A DNA stretch of 33,099 nt. It comes from a virus. The first letter of the stretch is position 1. Each line of letters opens with the position of its first letter. The stretch lies in the IMG/VR virus record IMGVR_UViG_3300045988_127900; one strand, given 5' to 3'. A program made the translations under genes and the position numbers. This document shows, in pieces, positions 23,458 through 30,976 of this stretch. The notes beneath the pieces are model-generated. The model saw only the letters and a program-made list of their open reading frames with translations. It did not search any database and was not told the origin of the DNA.

Positions 23458-24267
23458 ATGGCTAATACAAAGCTACTTACGTACTTTAACATAAAAGGAG
23501 GTATCTATAAGACAACAACGTCTATAATGACAGCGTATGAACTTGCGAAAGATAAAGATAAAAAAATACTCTTATGGGACTTAGATGTACAAGCAAATCT
23601 AACACAATATGTTTATGAAATAAATCATAATGATAATACTACATTAGATATTTTAAAAGGGATTAGTGCTAATGATGCAATAGTCAAGTCACCTAATGAA
23701 AATTACATTAATGTAGACTTAATTCCTTCTGACATACAAATGGCTAGATTTGAACAAGAGCTATCACCTTTACCAGCCAGAGAAAAATTTTTAGCTCGCT
23801 GGTACATGCAAAACTTTAATACTTTGAGTGAGTATGATTATATTATCTGTGATTTATCTCCACGCTACGATTTGACAGCTAAAAATGTGCTTTTCTTAGC
23901 AGATAGTATAATTATTCCAATTCAAGATAAAAACATTTCTTCTTTAAGAGGAGCAGAATTATTTAAACAACTCTGGGATGTTGATAGAACCTATTTTGAT
24001 AAGGAGGATAATATAAAAAGTACTATTTTAGTTGGATTTGAGAAGAAGAAAACTCAAATTAGCGATACTTTCGATTCTTATCTGGAAGGGTTTAACGATA
24101 TGAGAGATATTATGTTAGATACATACATTAGAAAAAATGAGTTTATAGAGAAGGCACTATTAAAAAAACTATCTCTAACAGATTATACAAAAATAACTAA
24201 AGAACATTTCAGCAGACAGGAATTTACTAATATGTTAGAAGAATTGAAAAGAAAAGGAGTGTTATAG
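23458..24267 (+). CDS. parA: ParA-family partition ATPase
   Basis: Deviant Walker A NIKGGIYKTTTS. Preferred start is ATG 23458, after GAGGTGGAG. Confidence 0.85.
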   Translation: MANTKLLTYFNIKGGIYKTTTSIMTAYELAKDKDKKILLWDLDVQANLTQYVYEINHNDNTTLDILKGISANDAIVKSPNENYINVDLIPSDIQMARFEQELSPLPAREKFLARWYMQNFNTLSEYDYIICDLSPRYDLTAKNVLFLADSIIIPIQDKNISSLRGAELFKQLWDVDRTYFDKEDNIKSTILVGFEKKKTQISDTFDSYLEGFNDMRDIMLDTYIRKNEFIEKALLKKLSLTDYTKITKEHFSRQEFTNMLEELKRKGVL

Positions 24268-24600
24268 ATGCCAAGTTTCAACAGAGACCTTTTAGTTGAT
24301 AAGGAAAAACCGATTTTGAAAAATGGAACAATCGCACAAAATGATTCTACAACTACAGACAATAAGACATTAAACATATATAATTTAGTTAATAAGAAAA
24401 GTAAAAAAGTGACTATGAGTGCAACGCTTGATGAAGAACTTGTAAACAAATTAAAATCTTTTTCTATTGATATGAACAGCGACGTTAGTAAATTATTAAG
24501 TGATATACTAACTCAAATTTTATCTGATGTCACTATAAAAGAAGAGAATTTAAATATATACAATGAGAGAAATAGAAGAAATAAGACTAAGAAAAAGTAA
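24268..24600 (+). CDS. Ribbon-helix-helix centromere-binding protein (ParG-like partner of ParA)
   Basis: 110 aa. ATG abuts the parA stop. Disordered N-terminus, then MSATLDEELVNKLKSFSIDMNSDVSKLLSDILTQIL, an RHH pattern. Confidence 0.6.
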   Translation: MPSFNRDLLVDKEKPILKNGTIAQNDSTTTDNKTLNIYNLVNKKSKKVTMSATLDEELVNKLKSFSIDMNSDVSKLLSDILTQILSDVTIKEENLNIYNERNRRNKTKKK

Positions 24601-24614
24601 ATAATATTATATTT

Positions 24615-24697
24615 ATATTGTTTAGATATTACTTAAATATTGTATATATAATATTTAAGTAATATTTTAATATTATTATTACAATATATCAATATTG
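24615..24697. promoter_or_regulatory. Second AATATTG-box cluster, including a 16-bp perfect inverted repeat (24626-24641 / 24650-24665)
   Basis: ATATTACTTAAATATT-gtatatat-AATATTTAAGTAATAT, plus boxes at 24615, 24636 and 24690. Confidence 0.5.
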
Positions 24698-24743
24698 TTT
24701 AAATAATATGTTTTAACTATAATCTAAAAAGGGGTTGGAAAAG

Positions 24744-25025
24744 ATGAATGTTTATTTGCAAATTGGAAAAGAGTTATCTGAAAAAATGACTAAATCTGAA
24801 TTAAATAAGTTTTCACAGGAAGTTGTAAATTTTTTGCGATACGCTGGATTTGATAAGGATATGAAAATTAAACTATTTCAAACAATCATAGAAGCAGTTG
24901 CAAGAAAAAAAGTATCATTACCAAGCGACAGCGAATTTACGGAAGGAATATTGCAAAGCGACGAAGCAGAAATGACAATGAACGTAGGATTTTTAATCGA
25001 AGGATTGAGTTATCATAATAATTAA
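24744..25025 (+). CDS. Hypothetical protein
   Basis: 93 aa from ATG 24744, which is 9 nt after GGGG. The tracked TTG at 24735 has no spacing to the RBS. Confidence 0.5.
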   Translation: MNVYLQIGKELSEKMTKSELNKFSQEVVNFLRYAGFDKDMKIKLFQTIIEAVARKKVSLPSDSEFTEGILQSDEAEMTMNVGFLIEGLSYHNN

Positions 25026-25037
25026 ATCTTTAGCATT

Positions 25038-25076
25038 AAAAAAGCAGTGCATTTATTGAATACACTGCTTTTATTT
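25038..25076. terminator. Bidirectional rho-independent terminator
   Basis: AAGCAGTG-13 nt-CACTGCTT, flanked by A6 and T-rich runs. Confidence 0.65.
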
Positions 25077-25301
25077 CCGTATAGTTAATCTAAAAATAAT
25101 GTGATATTATATCATATAGATATAGATTAAATTGATATTTAAATCCCTTATAGTTAATATAAAATAATTTGATATTATATTATTTCTCTATAAATTAAAT
25201 TGACATTTAAATCCCTCATAGTTAATCTGAAAATTCTTATTACAATATCATTTCTAAATAAATTAAAAAATATTTTAAATCCCTTATAGTTAACCAAAAG
25301 C
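25068..25301 (-). CRISPR. CRISPR-repeat-like tandem array: four 29-nt repeat-like elements at 68-69-bp period, no cas genes; iterons are the alternative
   Basis: Elements at 25068-25096, 25137-25165, 25205-25233 and 25273-25301. Minus-strand forms include ATTTTATATTAACTATAAGGGATTTAAAT. Intervening 39-40-nt segments are related to each other. Confidence 0.4.
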
Positions 25302-25335
25302 GATACTATATACATTAATAATAATACTCTTCTAC

Positions 25336-25536
25336 TTAATTTTCAACTATATTTTGTAATTCTTGTTTACAATTTTCAATGCCTTCACGTAATTTTTCTA
25401 AAAAAGCTGATGAGCTATCATCTATATTTCTTTCAGCGATTTCTTCGAAATTTTCTTTATTGAATTTTTCATAACTATCCCAATTCAAACTTTTATCTTC
25501 CTTTTTCACACCATTTTTCGAACTCTTCATAATCAT
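25336..25536 (-). CDS. Small acidic hypothetical protein
   Basis: 66 aa as tracked (44-nt overlap with the upstream gene). Alternative TTG start at 25486-25488, 8 nt after GGAAG, gives 50 aa and no overlap. Confidence 0.45.
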   Translation of the reverse strand: MIMKSSKNGVKKEDKSLNWDSYEKFNKENFEEIAERNIDDSSSAFLEKLREGIENCKQELQNIVEN

Positions 25537-25807
25537 TTACATGGTAAATTTCTCCAAACATATCGTCTAAATGAGTTGGTGCTTGATTTAATGTGAAAAT
25601 ATTAATTTCTTTGTCATCATCTAAAAGTTTAGCCCAAGTTTGAACTGCTATCGCTTCAACTTTTCCTTGTATATCGATATAAATTTTTATATCATTAGTC
25701 TCTTTGATTAAACAACTTTCTTTAAAAGCTTTTATAGCTTCTTCTTCTATTTTATCTATATTCATATCTATAACTCTTAAAAATCTTCTAGCTTTTTGTT
25801 TATTCAT
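25493..25807 (-). CDS. Acidic hypothetical protein
   Basis: 104 aa. GGAGGA RBS. Lies downstream of the consensus promoter at 25848-25876. Confidence 0.55.
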   Translation of the reverse strand: MNKQKARRFLRVIDMNIDKIEEEAIKAFKESCLIKETNDIKIYIDIQGKVEAIAVQTWAKLLDDDKEINIFTLNQAPTHLDDMFGEIYHVNDYEEFEKWCEKGR

Positions 25808-25904
25808 TTTTTATATCCTCCTTTTGATTATTTCTTTCTTTAATTATATTATAAACGTTTGCGTTTATTAAGTCAATAGTTTTTTAAACTTTTCCGTTTA
25901 TTTC
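25805..25904. repeat. Duplicated ~100-bp promoter/operator/RBS module, copy 1
   Basis: Aligns base-for-base, with few mismatches, to 26978-27075, from the CAT of the start codon through the -35 and beyond. Confidence 0.85.
25848..25876 (-). promoter_or_regulatory. Consensus promoter TTGACT-17-TATAAT with the AAACGTTT palindrome in its spacer
   Basis: Minus strand reads TTGACT taataaacgcaaacgtt TATAAT. Confidence 0.7.
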
Positions 25905-26519
25905 TTTTAAGAATTTTTCTTTGGCTTTTTTGTATGCTTCTTCTGCTTCTCTTATGTTGTCATAGTATCCTAGATTATAATGCATTTTCTTAAATTCTAT
26001 TTGTGCACAGTATTTTCTTTTTTCTTTATTCCAAGAAACGCCTCTAATTTTAGTTTTTGAATTAGAATACGCTTCTGTCTTTTTTATAATAGATAGATTT
26101 GTATCATCAATAATATTTTTTTCTTTATGTACTTTTAACGCTATCTTTGCATTTTTTATATTAGATTCCTTTTTCAAGCATCCACATGATTTAGTTCTAC
26201 CAGTAGTTAAATTGTTTTCTGCTGTCTTAATCTCATTTCCACAATCACACTTACAAGCCCAAATATAGTGACCACTTTTAGCTTTTTTATTAGTGTTCTT
26301 TATTGCTGTTAATCTGCCAAACTTTTTGCCTGTTAAATCATTTTGTTTAAACTGTGTGTTACTTTTCATGCATCCACATGCTTTTATTCTTTTTAAACTA
26401 TCTGCCCTTATCCATTTTTCATTATTGCAATTACTACATTTACATAAGCAATATTTCCTGCCATTTTTTTGTTCTATATCTAGTATTGTAAGATTTTCAA
26501 ATTTATCTCCAATTTTCAT
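25884..26519 (-). CDS. AP2-domain DNA-binding protein with two N-terminal Cys-rich repeats
   Basis: RGVSWNKEKRKYCAQIEFKKMHYNLGYYDNIREAEEAYKKA looks like an AP2 fold. Two repeats of G.KF..LT...C.C.C...CGC. Confidence 0.65.
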   Translation of the reverse strand: MKIGDKFENLTILDIEQKNGRKYCLCKCSNCNNEKWIRADSLKRIKACGCMKSNTQFKQNDLTGKKFGRLTAIKNTNKKAKSGHYIWACKCDCGNEIKTAENNLTTGRTKSCGCLKKESNIKNAKIALKVHKEKNIIDDTNLSIIKKTEAYSNSKTKIRGVSWNKEKRKYCAQIEFKKMHYNLGYYDNIREAEEAYKKAKEKFLKEINGKV

Positions 26520-26530
26520 GTTTTCACTTC

Positions 26531-26980
26531 CTACAGATATTTTATAAACATTTCTTTTATCTTAGTTTCAAATTCTTCTGTTGTTATATATTCATCTTTG
26601 TAGTTTTCTTCTAATTCTTCAACATTTCCATTTTCTTCTAAGTATGTTTCATGCATATAATATAAGTCATAAACTTCATTGAATAAAGAACCATCTACAG
26701 TATATAAATGTTTCTCACAAGTGGCTAAATCTTCGTAACTAGCCCCCTCACCTACATAGCATCCTTCAAAAATATTTATATCGAAATCTTTGAATTGACA
26801 TTCACCTGCAAATTCAAACCAATATTCACATAAATTTATTATAGCATCAACACATTTTTCTTTACTTATTTTATAACAACTAATTCCTGCTTCAAAATGT
26901 TCTCCATCTCCAGTTGCAGAACTTACATGTTCTTTTCCTCTAAAGCCCTTATCGTAATCAAGTCTGATGAATTTTTCCAT
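26531..26980 (-). CDS. Strongly acidic hypothetical protein
   Basis: 149 aa, with roughly 37 Asp+Glu against 14 Lys+Arg. First gene after the consensus promoter at 27017-27045. Confidence 0.55.
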   Translation of the reverse strand: MEKFIRLDYDKGFRGKEHVSSATGDGEHFEAGISCYKISKEKCVDAIINLCEYWFEFAGECQFKDFDINIFEGCYVGEGASYEDLATCEKHLYTVDGSLFNEVYDLYYMHETYLEENGNVEELEENYKDEYITTEEFETKIKEMFIKYL

Positions 26981-27075
26981 TTTTATATCCCCCTTTGTTT
27001 ATCTTTCTTTAATTATATTATAAACGTTTACGTTTATTGAGTCAACACTTTTATTAAACTTTTACGCTTATTTTC
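26978..27075. repeat. Duplicated ~100-bp promoter/operator/RBS module, copy 2
   Basis: See 25805-25904. It also retains a remnant resembling the last codons of the AP2 gene. Confidence 0.85.
27017..27045 (-). promoter_or_regulatory. Consensus promoter TTGACT-17-TATAAT, paralog of 25848-25876
   Basis: Minus strand reads TTGACT caataaacgtaaacgtt TATAAT. Confidence 0.7.
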
Positions 27076-27078
27076 CCC

Positions 27079-27107
27079 TTGTCTTTTTAAACTTTTGCGA
27101 TTATAAT
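27079..27107 (+). promoter_or_regulatory. Promoter TTGTCT-17-TATAAT of the small HTH gene, with an operator-like motif in its spacer
   Basis: Plus strand reads TTGTCT ttttaaacttttgcgat TATAAT. The 18-bp motif AAACTTTTGCGATTATAA lies at 27089-27106. Confidence 0.65.
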
Positions 27108-27129
27108 ATAAGTAAAAGGAGTTGTTAAA

Positions 27130-27339
27130 ATGAAAGATGTATTTGAGGAACTAATCTCTATAAAAGATGCTTGTGAACTTTATAAAAAAGGTGAAAGTAC
27201 GTTAAGACTTAATATAAGAAACGGAAAATTTGTGGAAGGTGTAGACTGTAAAAAATTCGGAACGACATGGGTTTTTAAAAAAACAGCACTTGAAAGAGAA
27301 TATAACAAAAAGGATAAAAAAAGAGAGAGTGGTAACTGA
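27130..27339 (+). CDS. Small HTH DNA-binding protein (excisionase/MerR-like HTH_17 type); candidate regulator of the duplicated promoters
   Basis: 69 aa. ISIKDACELYKKGESTLRLNIRNGKF...GTTWVFKK. AAAGGAG RBS. Confidence 0.65.
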   Translation: MKDVFEELISIKDACELYKKGESTLRLNIRNGKFVEGVDCKKFGTTWVFKKTALEREYNKKDKKRESGN

Positions 27340-27359
27340 TGAAATAGTTACCACTCTCT
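27324..27359. terminator. Terminator of the late/lysis operon (14-bp perfect stem)
   Basis: AGAGAGTGGTAACT-gatgaaat-AGTTACCACTCTCT, with a T-run on the minus strand. Overlaps the last codons of the HTH gene. Confidence 0.75.
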
Positions 27360-27365
27360 ACAAAC

Positions 27366-28178
27366 TTATTTCTTAATAAAATCTAACGCTTTGTAAAGTG
27401 TATCAAATCTATCATTACCTTTTATCATTGTATAATGTTCTTTTGTTATAGAACTTATCTTTTCACATGCTCCACCACCAACAATATATAAATTTTCTGT
27501 CTGACCTGGTACGTAGTCTTTTATATCACATATCAATATTTTCCCATCATTATACCCCCAACCAACTACAGTTGCAGGGATTTTGTCAACTTCTCCACTA
27601 TAAACTATTGTATGTTTGTACATCTCTTTGACTCCCTCATCACCTATATTTTTATTCAATACACCCTCAACAATTAACTTAGCCATTCCTTCATATCCAA
27701 GTTTCTTAGCCTTCTCATAATCTTCTTTATTATCACAGAAGAAACTTTCAATTAATACTGCTGTAGGCTTTGAACTATTTAAGATATATAATCCTTTATC
27801 TAATTTAGCTCTTCTATTTCTAAATACTGTACCTAGCTTATTACATATTCTAGTTGCATATTCTAAACCTTTATTACTATAATATAGAACTTCTGAACCT
27901 TTTCCTTGACCGTTACTTGCATTTAAATGCAACTCTATAAGTAAATCATATCCTCCACTATTAACTCTAGGTATTTTATAAATCTTTTCTTCTGCTTTAG
28001 TTTTAAACTGCTTTTCAGGGCATATTATTACATCTGCCTTATGACCTTCTTTTCTAAATGTATCTGCTAATACTGGTGCAAGAAATTTATTGTATTGGTA
28101 TTCGTTAACTACCCCATCAGCAGAAGTGCATGCACCACTTTTTAAAATACTGTGTCCTACTGTAATACATATTTTCAT
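27366..28178 (-). CDS. Endolysin, N-acetylmuramoyl-L-alanine amidase (Amidase_3), CD27L-like
   Basis: MKICITVGHSILKSGACTSADGVVNEYQYNK...IELHLNASNGQGKGSEVLYY. Long stretches match my recollection of the C. difficile phage endolysin CD27L. Confidence 0.9.
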   Translation of the reverse strand: MKICITVGHSILKSGACTSADGVVNEYQYNKFLAPVLADTFRKEGHKADVIICPEKQFKTKAEEKIYKIPRVNSGGYDLLIELHLNASNGQGKGSEVLYYSNKGLEYATRICNKLGTVFRNRRAKLDKGLYILNSSKPTAVLIESFFCDNKEDYEKAKKLGYEGMAKLIVEGVLNKNIGDEGVKEMYKHTIVYSGEVDKIPATVVGWGYNDGKILICDIKDYVPGQTENLYIVGGGACEKISSITKEHYTMIKGNDRFDTLYKALDFIKK

Positions 28179-28435
28179 TATTTATTTTCCTCCTTCAACT
28201 GTTTGTAAGTTTGATTTATACCTATTGCAACTCCCCAACAGATTATTCCCTGTAAAACTGCACTAGGATTTAATCCTAGCATCCATATTGAGAAACCTAT
28301 ACCAAGTATCAATAACACTACTGGAATATACTTGTTATCTAATTGCTTATATTTCTTGCAACCTGCTCCTATAACATAAAGAGCAGCTACTAAAATTAGT
28401 AACTGCTCTGGTATAAAACTTATTAAATTATCCAT
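28178..28435 (-). CDS. Holin
   Basis: 85 aa with three hydrophobic segments and a charged C-terminus. 1-nt overlap with the endolysin gene. Confidence 0.8.
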   Translation of the reverse strand: MDNLISFIPEQLLILVAALYVIGAGCKKYKQLDNKYIPVVLLILGIGFSIWMLGLNPSAVLQGIICWGVAIGINQTYKQLKEENK

Positions 28436-28451
28436 CTTTTATCCTCCTAAT

Positions 28452-28682
28452 TTAAAATATTCCTCTCTGAATAGCAAATATAAAGAACCCTATTAGTGTT
28501 GTAATCATTGTTCCTATCAGCCACTTCAACATACTTGTAAGTGAATTTAGATTCTCACACAATGCTTTTAACTCTGCTTTAGACTCTATATTTGCTATCT
28601 TTAATTCGTCTATTTCATCACTGTGTCTGTTTATTCTTATTTCATTTCGTTTTATTTTTTCTTTTATAACTTCTTCATTCAT
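28452..28682 (-). CDS. XhlA-like lysis-associated membrane protein
   Basis: 76 aa. N-terminal coiled coil and a single C-terminal TM segment. Lies upstream of the holin gene, as in PBSX. Confidence 0.65.
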   Translation of the reverse strand: MNEEVIKEKIKRNEIRINRHSDEIDELKIANIESKAELKALCENLNSLTSMLKWLIGTMITTLIGFFIFAIQRGIF

Positions 28683-28718
28683 GAAAACCTCCTAATTAAT
28701 TGAAATAAAAAAAGAACC

Positions 28719-28901
28719 TTACGCCGTAGGTTCTGCTCCTTCTACTACTCCACTTTCTTTAATTATATAATCCTCTACGGCTTTTCTGTATTCTGTGTTA
28801 GTTACGTCATCTAACTCAAAAGGTCTGTTTTTTAAAGGGTTCAATCCTTTGTTTAATATTCTCTCCGCCAATATTCTTACTACAACATTATTTATATTCA
28901 T
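28719..28901 (-). CDS. Small hypothetical protein after the fibre genes (XkdW/XkdX position)
   Basis: 60 aa. Start overlaps the stop of the upstream gene. Confidence 0.4.
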   Translation of the reverse strand: MNINNVVVRILAERILNKGLNPLKNRPFELDDVTNTEYRKAVEDYIIKESGVVEGAEPTA

Positions 28902-30181
28902 TATAAAATTCCTCCCACTTTCTCATTTTCTACAATTAGTAATTGATTTTCTAACTCTTGTACACTAGCATCTGAACTATCAAAAGACTGCTTTATCTTT
29001 TCTGATAACTCAACTAGTGTATTATTCAAGCTTGCCTCTATGTTCTTTAATGCTAAAGTATTTATAATACTTGTTTTACCAGTTTTAAATGCATCTTTAA
29101 TTTCTATCCATTTATTTGTAACTTCATCTGTTGTAGAACCACTTGGAAGGGGTGCAATTCCTCTGCTTACGCTTACAACTTTTTCTACTGTAGCATTGGC
29201 ACTGTCTGTAACAACTATTTTAAGAGTATGCAGTGCATTATCTTCTAATGTATAGTTAATTGTCTTTTCAAGAGTTAAATCGGTTGTTATAGTTTCTTTT
29301 AATACATCATCTATAAAATATTCTATTTTAGTTAACAATGTAGGGTCTGTGTGGTCAGCTTTAAATGTTGCTGTAGTTGAGTTATAAGATGATACTGTTA
29401 AAAACGGTAATGCTTGAAGTAATGTTATTTTAGCATAACCATCTGCTTTAGTAGTATTACCTCCAGTAGTCATGACTACATTTTCAAGATAATATTCAGA
29501 TGTTGGTATATATCCAGGTGGCTTATAACTATCTTTAGTTAGTGCGTAACCACTTCCACCTGCAGCATTATAAGTACGATCGCCCGCACCGCCAAACCAC
29601 CCACCTCCTCCACCTTGCCCTGTTGATGTAGAATTTGCTCTACCAAACAAACCATTATACTTATCTTCAAGTCCTATTCCTCCTTGATACTGTGTACCTC
29701 CAGTAACAAAAGCATTAGAATATCCAAACCCTTTTGAACCTTCCATGCCACCACCATTTCCTACACCATAGTCACTACTGTTAATTGCACCTGCACCACC
29801 TGCAACAAGTATACGTGATAGTAATCCTTGTTCATTACTCCAACTTCCTCTAATAAGTCTTATATCAGTAGCACCTCCACCACATAATACAAATTTAGGG
29901 TCTACACTTGCATTAGCACCTCTTCCCCCTCCATTAAATCCAGTCCAGTTATTAATACCATTTGTAAACGGTTTGCATCCAGTTTCTCCAGCGTAAACAT
30001 ATAATATAGTTTCTTTTTTTAATGTAAGTTCTCCTTTAGAATAACCACCTTTAGCACCTTTAGTCCATTCGCTAAACCAACCTCCTCCACAAGCACCCCA
30101 GCACTCTAATTTATATTTACCAGGTTTCAATGTAACGCTTTGTTCTGCGCCTGTATAATCAAAATTCCATTCGGTTGTCAT
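28901..30181 (-). CDS. Glycine-rich tail fibre / receptor-binding protein
   Basis: 426 aa. Repeated GGG/GGGG tracts (CWGACGGG, FNGGGRG, GGGGGWFGGAG). Distal position in the fibre module. Confidence 0.7.
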   Translation of the reverse strand: MTTEWNFDYTGAEQSVTLKPGKYKLECWGACGGGWFSEWTKGAKGGYSKGELTLKKETILYVYAGETGCKPFTNGINNWTGFNGGGRGANASVDPKFVLCGGGATDIRLIRGSWSNEQGLLSRILVAGGAGAINSSDYGVGNGGGMEGSKGFGYSNAFVTGGTQYQGGIGLEDKYNGLFGRANSTSTGQGGGGGWFGGAGDRTYNAAGGSGYALTKDSYKPPGYIPTSEYYLENVVMTTGGNTTKADGYAKITLLQALPFLTVSSYNSTTATFKADHTDPTLLTKIEYFIDDVLKETITTDLTLEKTINYTLEDNALHTLKIVVTDSANATVEKVVSVSRGIAPLPSGSTTDEVTNKWIEIKDAFKTGKTSIINTLALKNIEASLNNTLVELSEKIKQSFDSSDASVQELENQLLIVENEKVGGIL

Positions 30182-30196
30182 TTTTCACACTCCTTT

Positions 30197-30976
30197 CTAT
30201 ATAGGTAACATATCATTTTGTATAGATATATTAACCTCATTAAATTTTTCTATCTTTGCAACAACTTCATCAATCGCATTTTGAACATTTGTAGCAGTAA
30301 GATTACTTGTTGCATTATTATAACTTGTTTTCTCTGCTGTTGTTTCTATACTATCTACACTAGTTTTGACCTCATTTAATGCATTAACTATATTTGTTTT
30401 ATCTGTTGTTTCAAGTTTTGTTGTATCACCTATTTTATTGTTTAACTCTGTTTTAGCAGTTTCTAAGTTGTTTGTTAATTCTGTTTTAGTTGTATCAATT
30501 TTATTGTCTAAATCTTGTGTATCTTTTAAAGTTGCTAATACAACTGTTGGGTCTATTTTTAAATTTATACTTGCTGCATTAGACACAGCTAATATAATTT
30601 TAATTAATATTTCTTTTACTGTTCCCGAATCCGGAGCAGGTTTATAAGTTTCGGGATAGCTAGATACTGCGAGAAGTTGGTCTTTAGAATCAAATACTCC
30701 AACCTCCCTGATTATAAAGTTTCCAGTATCTCCTGTTATAGTTTTTTGGATAACTACCCAATTAGGATTTTTTTCGTCTGTTTGAACATGCTCTAATGTG
30801 CTTTCCCACACCACATTTTTAAGTGCTGTTTGATTTTCTGTTGGAATATATGCACTTCCACCACCATCCCCAACCTTTATTTTTGCAAAATCAACTCTAG
30901 TCCCGAGTGCTGTAGCATTTGCTATAGCAGCCTTACCTATTTCTGTAAGTAATGTATAATATTGTGTTTGTGTCAA
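30197..30976 (-). CDS. Tail fibre protein with tail-collar-type N-terminus
   Basis: The N-terminus QYYTLLTEIGKAAIANA...FAKIKVGDGGG resembles the fibre N-terminal attachment domain. The C-terminal half is Thr/Asn-rich coiled coil. Confidence 0.7.
   Translation of the reverse strand: MTQTQYYTLLTEIGKAAIANATALGTRVDFAKIKVGDGGGSAYIPTENQTALKNVVWESTLEHVQTDEKNPNWVVIQKTITGDTGNFIIREVGVFDSKDQLLAVSSYPETYKPAPDSGTVKEILIKIILAVSNAASINLKIDPTVVLATLKDTQDLDNKIDTTKTELTNNLETAKTELNNKIGDTTKLETTDKTNIVNALNEVKTSVDSIETTAEKTSYNNATSNLTATNVQNAIDEVVAKIEKFNEVNISIQNDMLPI

Noticed and set aside
17696-24449. Other antisense ORFs in the accessory region (17696-17920, 18395-18610, 20693-21517 set, 22365-22620, 24183-24449, 26293-26547, 29040-29255, 30366-30647)
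   Set aside because: They are shadow frames of stronger genes on the opposite strand, with no translation signals.
7517-24743. Tracked upstream starts: 7561 (gp10-like), 21762 (helicase GTG), 23449 (parA GTG) and 24735 (TTG)
   Set aside because: Each has an in-frame ATG a few codons downstream with correct RBS spacing (7516, 21741, 23458 and 24744). The longer forms either start inside or directly against the RBS, or add implausible hydrophobic leaders.
25068-25301. A bona fide adaptive CRISPR array
   Set aside because: The repeats differ from one another at 4-7 positions. The three spacers are paralogous to each other rather than unique. No leader or cas genes are evident. It is kept as a repeat-mimic or iteron hypothesis instead.
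28901-30976. A diversity-generating retroelement or shufflon acting on the fibre genes
   Set aside because: I could find no reverse transcriptase, no template/variable repeat pair and no invertase with inverted sites around the fibre genes.
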